In this document: piece after piece, positions 31,421 through 40,274 of the stretch
Position numbering within the stretch: the first letter of the stretch is position 1
Layout: every line of letters starts with the position of its first letter
Assembly (NCBI GenBank): GCA_046045965.1
Contig: JBJOKS010000002.1
Location: 128,001-192,000, forward strand
DNA length: 64,000 bases
Direction: 5' to 3'
DNA from: Cyanobacteriota bacterium
Lineage (GTDB): Bacteria; Cyanobacteriota; Cyanobacteriia; Cyanobacteriales; Nostocaceae
Notes under the pieces: model-generated
Databases searched by the model: none
Seen by the model: only the letters and a program-made list of their open reading frames with translations
What the model was told of the DNA's origin: nothing
Made by a program: the position numbers and the translations under genes

Positions 31421-32266
31421 ATGGGAAATCTTGCCGATAAATTAACCACAAAATCACCAGAATTTAAAAATATGTTTTTAGGTCAATTTCCTGAACAACA
31501 ACTCAAAGCAGGAAACACAGATAAATATTATCAAACTCTCACGGATTTTGATTTTATCTCTCTCAAAATCAATTATACTCAATTGGGAATAGAAGCATTA
31601 ATCAAAGATTATGATTTAATTGAAAATCCTGAAATATTAGAACTTTTAGCGGATGATGAACAACTAACAACAGGACAAATTAAAACTTTAAAATTAATTC
31701 AAAGAACCTTAGAATTATCAGCCTATATTTTAAACGAACATCCTCATCAATTAGTCGGTCAACTCTGGGGAAGATTACAGAGTTGTCAAAATCCCGATAT
31801 TCAGAAATTATTACAAGATGCAGCAGCAAGTAAAAGTGAAATTCCCCGATTTATTCCCATTAAATCCAGCTTAAATACTCCTGACGGAAAATTATTGCGT
31901 ACTCTTAAAGGTCATGATAACGCAGTCAGAGCAGTAGCAATTACACCGGATGGGAAAAAAGCTGTTTCTGGTTCTGATGATAAAACTTTGAAATTATGGA
32001 ATTTGGAAACGTATCAGGAAATTTGTACCTTGACAGGTCATGAAAATTGGGTGAGGTCAGTTACAATTACCCCAGATGGAAAAAAAGCGGTTTCCAGTTC
32101 TGATGATAATACATTAAAATTGTGGGATTTAGAGAGAAGAAAGGAAATTTCTAATTTTACTGGTGATACATCAATCATAAGTTGTGCAGTTTCCCCAGAT
32201 GGGTTAATGGTTGTCGCTGGAGAACAATCTGGACGAGTTCATTTCTTACATTTAGAAGGAATTTAA
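31421..32266 (+). CDS. Helical-domain + short WD40 protein (sensor half of an NWD/STAND protein)
   Basis: LTDFDFI..K...LIKDY, QLWGRL helical region, then about 3 WD40 repeats ending GRVHFL. Confidence 0.85.
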   Translation: MGNLADKLTTKSPEFKNMFLGQFPEQQLKAGNTDKYYQTLTDFDFISLKINYTQLGIEALIKDYDLIENPEILELLADDEQLTTGQIKTLKLIQRTLELSAYILNEHPHQLVGQLWGRLQSCQNPDIQKLLQDAAASKSEIPRFIPIKSSLNTPDGKLLRTLKGHDNAVRAVAITPDGKKAVSGSDDKTLKLWNLETYQEICTLTGHENWVRSVTITPDGKKAVSSSDDNTLKLWDLERRKEISNFTGDTSIISCAVSPDGLMVVAGEQSGRVHFLHLEGI

Positions 32267-32270
32267 AAAC

Positions 32271-33299
32271 ATGAAGAACATCACTCAAAATACCATCAAT
32301 ATTCCCAGATATCCCCCAGAATTTCAACAAATCATCACCGCTAAGAATCATAACTTTGTCGGTCGTGAATTTGTCTTTTCTGCTATTAATAACTTCCTTC
32401 ATCAATATGACCGTGGTTATTTTACTATTATCGGTGAACCGGGTATTGGTAAAAGTGCGATTATTGCCAATTATGTCAGTCAAAATCCGGGAATTGTTTA
32501 TTATAATGTGGAGATTTATGGTAAAAATTGTGCTGAGGAATTTCTATCTAACGTTTGCACGCAATTAATAGAAATTGCTCAAAGCAAAGGTATTAAAAAT
32601 ATAGATGACAATTTAATTAATTCCCCTACAGAAAATAGCGGTTTATTATCTTTATTACTGCAACAAATCAGCGATAAATTACATCCAGAACAAAGGTTAA
32701 TTATTACTATTGATGGTTGTGATAGAATTGATATTAAGAATCAAATACCGGGTTCAAATCTTTTCTATTTACCCCGTTATTTACCTGAGAAGGTTTATTT
32801 TCTCCTTTCTCGTCGTCCATTTTTAGCAGATAAATCGGGTTTATTAATTGAAACTCCATCCAACTCTTTAGATTTAGCTAACTATGCTGAACAAAACCGC
32901 GCTGATATTCAGGAATATATTAGTTATTATCATCTGCATCAGCAATTAACAGAAATTAGTCCAGATGAAACTAATTTTATGTATGTGAGTGAAATTTTCA
33001 CAGGAAATAATTTAGATAATTTAATCAGATATTATCAAAATCATTGGTTTCAGATGTTTTTAAAAACCAGTAACCAAGAAGAAATGGCTATACAAGTGTT
33101 AAATATTTTAGTGCAATCACAATCCATAGAAATAGCAGATATAGCAGAAAGATTAGATGAAGATGAATATGATATCAAGGTTATTTTAAACCATTGGCGA
33201 GAATTTTTATATTTAGAATCAACAGGAGAAGAAATCCATTATAGTCTTTATCATGCTAGTTTTCGTGATTGGTTAAGGCAGCAACTTGAGTTTGAATAA
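32271..33299 (+). CDS. STAND/AAA-like ATPase, paralog of 26437-28000
   Basis: FVGR, GEPGIGKS, IDGCD, DEDEYD, YHASF. Confidence 0.85.
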   Translation: MKNITQNTINIPRYPPEFQQIITAKNHNFVGREFVFSAINNFLHQYDRGYFTIIGEPGIGKSAIIANYVSQNPGIVYYNVEIYGKNCAEEFLSNVCTQLIEIAQSKGIKNIDDNLINSPTENSGLLSLLLQQISDKLHPEQRLIITIDGCDRIDIKNQIPGSNLFYLPRYLPEKVYFLLSRRPFLADKSGLLIETPSNSLDLANYAEQNRADIQEYISYYHLHQQLTEISPDETNFMYVSEIFTGNNLDNLIRYYQNHWFQMFLKTSNQEEMAIQVLNILVQSQSIEIADIAERLDEDEYDIKVILNHWREFLYLESTGEEIHYSLYHASFRDWLRQQLEFE

Positions 33300-33417
33300 C
33301 AATAAAATCCCCGACTTCTTTAAGAAATCGCGGATATGAAGACTTATAAATTGTGTTAAAACACGTTATAACAAATTAAATCTCAGAGACAAATGCTGTG
33401 TTAAGTTCTGAAAACAA

Positions 33418-33462
33418 GATCCCCCTAGCGGTTTTTTCTCCGATCTAGGGGGATCACATATT
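33418..33462 (-). terminator. Perfect 11-bp hairpin, probable minus-strand terminator (its T-tract lies at 33411-33417)
   Basis: GATCCCCCTAG...CTAGGGGGATC (33418-33455), followed on the minus strand by TTGTTTT. Confidence 0.55.
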
Positions 33463-33606
33463 GCGTAGTCTATAAGTCTTTCGGTATAGGCAATTAAGTC
33501 AAATATATCCAATATATTTCATTTTGGCTACCCCTAGAATGATGATTTAACAAAAATTTACAATTTCTTTATAATTCTCGGTCTCTTGAGAATTAATTTC
33601 TAATTT

Positions 33607-33622
33607 TGTATTAAAAATTACA
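33607..33622. promoter_or_regulatory. Possible NtcA box
   Basis: TGTA-TTAAAAAT-TACA matches TGTA-N8-TACA. AT-rich context, so it may be chance. Confidence 0.35.
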
Positions 33623-33745
33623 AAAATTTAGCATTTCACACCATGTACTCCAGACCCCTTCTTCAATATCTTGTCAGATGGGAGCATTTTGCTAATTAAC
33701 AGTTATCTATCATAGGAACAAAGCTTGTAAATAACAATCAATTAA

Positions 33746-34927
33746 ATGCTAACCCGGATTAAAGATATAGCAACCACCATCGCACCCCGCTTATTAGAAA
33801 TTCGCCGTCATATTCATTCACACCCAGAACTCAGCGGACAAGAGTATCAAACTGCTGCTTTTGTGGCTGGTGTATTGTCTTCCAGTGGGTTGCACGTGGT
33901 AGAAGGGGTGGGTAAAACAGGTGTCATTGGTGAATTACACAGCAATCACCATGATGAAAGGGTGTTGGCAATTCGCACTGATATGGATGCTTTACCAATC
34001 CAAGAGCGCAGCGGATTGGACTATGCTTCACGAATAGAAGGAGTGATGCACGCTTGTGGGCATGACGTTCATACTACTGTAGGTTTAGGTACAGCAATGG
34101 TGCTATCCCAAATAGCTGATGAGTTGGCTGGTAAAATCAGGTTTTTATTTCAACCAGCAGAAGAAATTGCCCAAGGTGCAAACTGGATGGTAAAAGATGG
34201 GGCGATGAATAATGTTGCTGCTATTTTAGGTGTTCATGTTTTCCCTTCTATTCCGGCTGGTTCTGTGGGTATTCGTTATGGTGCATTGACAGCAGCAGCA
34301 GATGATTTAGAAATTATTATTCTTGGTGAATCTGGACATGGGGCGCGTCCCTATGAAGCCGTAGATGCGATTTGGATTGCTTCACAGGTAATTACCGCAT
34401 TGCAACAAGCTATTAGCCGTACTCAAAATCCTTTGCGCCCAGTGGTTTTGAGTATTGGTAAGATTAATGGTGGTAGAGCGCCCAATGTGATTGCCGATCA
34501 AGTACAGTTATTGGGTACGGTGCGATCGCTCCATCCAGAAACCCGCGCTCAACTACCAAATTGGATAGAAAATATTGTTGCTAATGTTTGCAATTCTTAC
34601 GGTGCAAAATATCAAGTTAATTATCGTCAAGGTGTACCCAGTGTGCAAAATGATTATGCTTTAACACAATTATTACAATCCTCAGCAGAAGAAGCTTGGA
34701 GTAGCGATCGCGTGCAAGTTTTACCTGAACCTTCCTTGGGTGCTGAAGATTTTTCTGTTTATTTGGATCATGCCCCTGGTTCAATGTTTCGTTTGGGTGT
34801 AGGCTATAAAGATAGAATCATCAATCATCCTTTACATCATCCACAATTTGAAGTTGATGAATCTGCAATTATTACGGGAGTGGTGACATTGGCTTATGCA
34901 GCTTATAAATATTGGCAATCTAAATAA
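33746..34927 (+). CDS. M20-family amidohydrolase (N-acyl-L-amino acid amidohydrolase type)
   Basis: HPELS, RTDMDALP, MHACGHD, QPAEE, GAEDF, HHP.F. Confidence 0.93.
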   Translation: MLTRIKDIATTIAPRLLEIRRHIHSHPELSGQEYQTAAFVAGVLSSSGLHVVEGVGKTGVIGELHSNHHDERVLAIRTDMDALPIQERSGLDYASRIEGVMHACGHDVHTTVGLGTAMVLSQIADELAGKIRFLFQPAEEIAQGANWMVKDGAMNNVAAILGVHVFPSIPAGSVGIRYGALTAAADDLEIIILGESGHGARPYEAVDAIWIASQVITALQQAISRTQNPLRPVVLSIGKINGGRAPNVIADQVQLLGTVRSLHPETRAQLPNWIENIVANVCNSYGAKYQVNYRQGVPSVQNDYALTQLLQSSAEEAWSSDRVQVLPEPSLGAEDFSVYLDHAPGSMFRLGVGYKDRIINHPLHHPQFEVDESAIITGVVTLAYAAYKYWQSK

Positions 34928-35171
34928 ACTACAGCGATATTAAGAATTATTTAGATGTTAATCTACTGCATATCTCCCCAACTGGGGGGAGTATTTCTTT
35001 ATGAATGTTTTTAATTAGTAACCCTATTGCTAAAGGTGAAGTTAGAGAAAATTACTGCTATACTATTTTGATTAATAGTAAGTCAAAAAATCTGGTTTTG
35101 GCTACTATTTGTACATGCAAGTTCAAAGATAACTGAGAGCTTTTGATTTCCACAGAAACTTCATCTATACT

Positions 35172-35486
35172 ATGCCACCAATAGAACCTTTAGAATCTTC
35201 ATCACCTCAACCTATTAGTAATAATTGGTACTTATTAAATGTACGTTCTAAAAAACGGCAATCATTTTTAAAATTTTTGAACCTGACGATAGAACAAAAT
35301 AACCTGCAAGACTTCTTTTTGGATATAAAAGTTCCCCAAGATTCAGTATATGAAGATATTGTTTTACTGAATTTAACTAATTTTAAAACAGCATATACAT
35401 ATTTACAAAAAGTTGAATTTTTCCAGAATATAGAACGCAAACCCTTACAGTCAGCACAAGTTAATCGAATGTTGGGTATTAGTTAA
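35172..35486 (+). CDS. Stand-alone NusG N-terminal (NGN)-like protein
   Basis: WYLLNV.S, ...D.F.DIKVP, V...VLL, PL..AQV.RML follow the NGN pattern; no KOW domain. Confidence 0.55.
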   Translation: MPPIEPLESSSPQPISNNWYLLNVRSKKRQSFLKFLNLTIEQNNLQDFFLDIKVPQDSVYEDIVLLNLTNFKTAYTYLQKVEFFQNIERKPLQSAQVNRMLGIS

Positions 35487-35828
35487 GCTTCCCTGGAAAC
35501 AGGATGAAAAAGCTGGCAATTGTTAGTTACTCAGTTATTAGTTGTCACTTGTCACCTGTCACCTATTTTCTCCGCTGGGCTAGATGGTACTTATACTTAA
35601 TTAAATGTATAAATAATTTTGGGTGATATCTGGGTTGGAATATGGCAATTGAGGAAAGTATCATAAAACATGAATTATGAAGTTAGTTAGATTTGAAAAA
35701 ATCCATAAGCTTCACAATTCAGGTTTTATTAGCTCTCAGACTGAAGTCAAGATAAAATAGCTGCTTTGAGCTTTGAGCTATGGTAGCTTAACTCAAAACT
35801 CAAAACGGGAGCCAAATCAGCAGAGCAT

Positions 35829-36506
35829 TTAAGCCATTTGATTTTCAATCGCCCACCGTGCTAACTCAGTACGGTTATGGAGATTGGTTTTACCCAACAT
35901 ATTGGAAACATGGCTTTCAACGGTACGCTGACTGACGTTTAATTCTTCAGCGATTTCCCGGTTAGCTAAACCCCTGGCCACAAACTGAACTACTTTCAGT
36001 TCGGTTGGGGTCAACTGAACATCAAAGGGAACTTGGATACGGGAACCGTTTTCCCCTCCCTTAGTTTGATGTTCTTTCCAACGGATAGTTTGCTTAAGTG
36101 AGGATTCTACTTGTGCTACGAGTTCTTCTGGTTCAAAGGGCTTAACCATGTATACATCAGCACCTTTATTCAGACCTTTAACTCGGTCTGCACTTTGCCC
36201 CTTAGCTGAGAGGAAGAGAACGGGTATCCAGCTGGTGCGTTCATTTTGCCGCACTTGTTCGACAAAAGTGTACCCGTCCATTTCTGGCATCATCACGTCA
36301 CAGATGATCATGTCTGGAACATCATGTTCTAAAATATCCAGAGCTTCTCGTCCATTTTCCGCCGTGATGACTTCGTATCCCCGGAATTCTAAGTAATCCT
36401 TCACCAGCAAGATGAGGTTAGGGTCATCATCAATCAATAGAAGTCGTTTGTGATCTTTCATGCTGGACTCTTTCATAGCAGTGGCACTTGTCGCGCTTAA
36501 ATCCAT
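35829..36506 (-). CDS. NarL/LuxR-family response regulator
   Basis: LLIDDD, CDVMMP and KPF receiver motifs; LTPTE...HVSNML HTH. Confidence 0.95.
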   Translation of the reverse strand: MDLSATSATAMKESSMKDHKRLLLIDDDPNLILLVKDYLEFRGYEVITAENGREALDILEHDVPDMIICDVMMPEMDGYTFVEQVRQNERTSWIPVLFLSAKGQSADRVKGLNKGADVYMVKPFEPEELVAQVESSLKQTIRWKEHQTKGGENGSRIQVPFDVQLTPTELKVVQFVARGLANREIAEELNVSQRTVESHVSNMLGKTNLHNRTELARWAIENQMA

Positions 36507-36554
36507 CCAAGGCTTGAATAGTTATCCTCTATGGTGGATTATGTGAGATGTTGT

Positions 36555-36755
36555 GCAAAACAAAACTTACACAAATTGTTCATCATAGAGGCATATTTGG
36601 AATACACCCTAGAACATTTTGTTGTTTGCTTCCTGCTTCCACCAAGCCCGTCACCGGGTTCTTGTCCACAGGCGTAAATTCCGCGCTGGCCGCACGTACT
36701 GTTTTTTCCACTTAACTTGCCTTTGTGGCTTGTTGTTGTGAAAGTTGTGGTAACT
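36555..36755 (-). mobile_element. Orphan tnpB 3'-end / omegaRNA-like element (IS200/IS605- or IS607-derived)
   Basis: GGAATTTACGCCTGTGGA-hairpin-GAAGCAGGAAG signature. One frame reads VRAASAEFTPVDKNPVTGLVEAGSK, like a TnpB tail. No tnpA or tnpB in the window. Confidence 0.7.
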
Positions 36756-36983
36756 CTTAACATACTACTAGTAACTTTATAGCAAAAGTCTAGTAAGGAT
36801 ACGGAGAGCAATAGTATTTATAATGCGCTATTATATATTCCTTTGAAAGCAGCGGGCTAAAAAACCTGATTAAATCATAATCTGTCTGGTTGACAAGTTC
36901 AGTATTTAGCTGAAGATGACCCTAACTGACAACTCACCCGCACTTTCATTTGTTGACTGTTGCTCTACTATATCCTTTGGATG

Positions 36984-37458
36984 TTAAGCCTCTGTTAGAG
37001 ATTCACAAGAAACCAAGGCAGTTTCTGGCAAAGGATGGGTTAAAAGGGCTGATGCTTCAACCACCATGATGCCAATTAAGTGTTCTGGGATGATCCGCTC
37101 AATGACTTCCGGTTTGGAGTGCCTATACCAGACCCCATCTGGGTAAACTACCATTATCTGCCTAGAACAACAAATACGCAAGCAGTTGGTTTTGGCTCAG
37201 AGGATGCAAATCGGATAACTTTTATGCAACTGGTCAAGATATTGCCCCTTGAGTGATATTTTCCAGCATTCCCAGGATTCCAGTCTAGGTTATTTTGACT
37301 CCAAAGCAGTATCTGTCTGGTCATAACAAACAAAAACCAGTTTGGTGAAAATTTGCCAGTCCTGGAGGGTCTACACACTCACTTAGGGCTTTAAGTTCCT
37401 CAGCTTTGGTAGTTTTGGGGATTGGCTGGCTGTTTTGACTCACTGTATTGTTACTCAT
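36984..37458 (-). pseudogene. Degraded thioredoxin-like [2Fe-2S] ferredoxin
   Basis: The 3' part retains NCLRICC...IMVVYPDGVWY...IERII.EHL; the 5' part has stops and frameshifts. Confidence 0.75.
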
Positions 37459-37640
37459 CATTAAGCGGCTCCCTGATTACAGTTCTATAACAATTTCTCA
37501 GCTTTGGAAATAAAGTTGTCCATATAAAAATATTCACTACCTACGCAACAGAACCAGATAACTACAGTAATTAGGCATTTATACTCTGGGATTGGTAATT
37601 GGTAATTGGTAATTGGTGATTGGGAAAATAAAATTGATTA

Positions 37641-37696
37641 CCCAGTAAAGAGTCCCCAGTAAAGAGTCCCCAGTAAAGAGTCCCCAGTAAAGAGTC
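37641..37696. repeat. 4 x 14-bp tandem repeat CCCAGTAAAGAGTC
   Basis: Four exact copies, read directly. Confidence 0.95.
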
Positions 37697-37700
37697 CCTA

Positions 37701-37716
37701 GTTCGGGAACCCGTAC
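37701..37716 (+). promoter_or_regulatory. K-box of the groESL promoter
   Basis: GTTCGG-GAAC-CCGTAC matches GTTCGG-NNAN-CCNNAC. Confidence 0.85.
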
Positions 37717-37755
37717 AGAACAACTTGTTGCCATTAGTCATGACTTTTCGGTAGA

Positions 37756-37782
37756 TTAGCACTCAGGAATTGAGAGTGCTAA
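37756..37782 (+). promoter_or_regulatory. CIRCE element (HrcA operator)
   Basis: Perfect TTAGCACTC-N9-GAGTGCTAA. Confidence 0.98.
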
Positions 37783-37803
37783 CAAGCGAGAAAAATTAAA
37801 ATT

Positions 37804-38115
37804 ATGGCAGCTGTATCTCTAAGCGTATCTACAGTTAAACCTTTGGGCGATCGCGTTTTCGTAAAAGTGACCGCCGCTGAAGAAAAGACCGCAGGTGGTC
37901 TATATTTGCCCGACACTGCTAAGGAAAAACCCCAAGTAGGCGAAGTTGTAGCCCTTGGACCTGGGAAGCGGAATGATGACGGTAGCCGTCAAGAATTGGA
38001 AGTGAACGTTGGCGATAAAGTGCTGTACTCCAAGTACGCTGGCACAGACGTTAAGCTCGGCACTGAAGAATATGTACTGCTTTCTGAGAAAGACATTCTA
38101 GCAGTCGTTAGCTAA
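37804..38115 (+). CDS. groES: Co-chaperonin GroES
   Basis: [22 protein letters not shown]. Confidence 0.99.
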   Translation: MAAVSLSVSTVKPLGDRVFVKVTAAEEKTAGGLYLPDTAKEKPQVGEVVALGPGKRNDDGSRQELEVNVGDKVLYSKYAGTDVKLGTEEYVLLSEKDILAVVS

Positions 38116-38226
38116 TTGAGTGATGAGGGGTCTAACAAGTCAAAAGTCAAAAGTCAAACGTCAAAAGTTTAAATTTGGGTTTTGGATTTTGAATTGGCAT
38201 CAACTGACACCCCACTAAAGAACTGA

Positions 38227-39903
<1,677 letters not shown>

Positions 39904-39926
39904 AATCTTTTCCTAGTTTGAATAAT

Positions 39927-39959
39927 GGCCGCTTCCGCAAGGGGGCGGCTGTTTTTTTT
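39927..39959 (+). terminator. groESL intrinsic terminator
   Basis: GGCCGCTTCC-GCAA-GGGGGCGGCT followed by a T-tract. Confidence 0.9.
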
Positions 39960-40274
39960 GCACGCAGAGGCGCAGAGGACGCAGAGGGGAGGAAAGAACC
40001 ATATTTTAGTGGACTGTTTAAGTCTGGAGAAGCCATTGATGGATTATAAACTTCTCCTTTGTAGGGTTGCCAAATATAACCAGAGCTAAATTCTTGGAAA
40101 CCTGATTATGATATTTTTATTGATATAAATTTACAATATAATGTGTATAGTGCTAGTTTATATAATACAATTACGCAATTAGTATAATTATACATAAGTG
40201 ATTTAGGTCACTTACAATCATTTATGTAATTGAATATTATTAAATCAACTAATAAATATTTATTAATTTCAATT

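Noticed and set aside
27987..31424. Heterocyst-type excision element (xis)
   Set aside because: No recombinase inside, and the interval does not interrupt a reading frame.
35829..36506. Naming the regulator Rre1/Ycf29 or OrrA
   Set aside because: I could not assign orthology from sequence memory, so it is left unnamed.
36539..36811. 90-aa ORF as a real protein
   Set aside because: It overlaps promoter-like DNA and is better explained as a reading frame through the tnpB-end remnant.
37641..37696. Possible CRISPR array
   Set aside because: Head-to-tail 14-bp units with no spacers and no cas genes.
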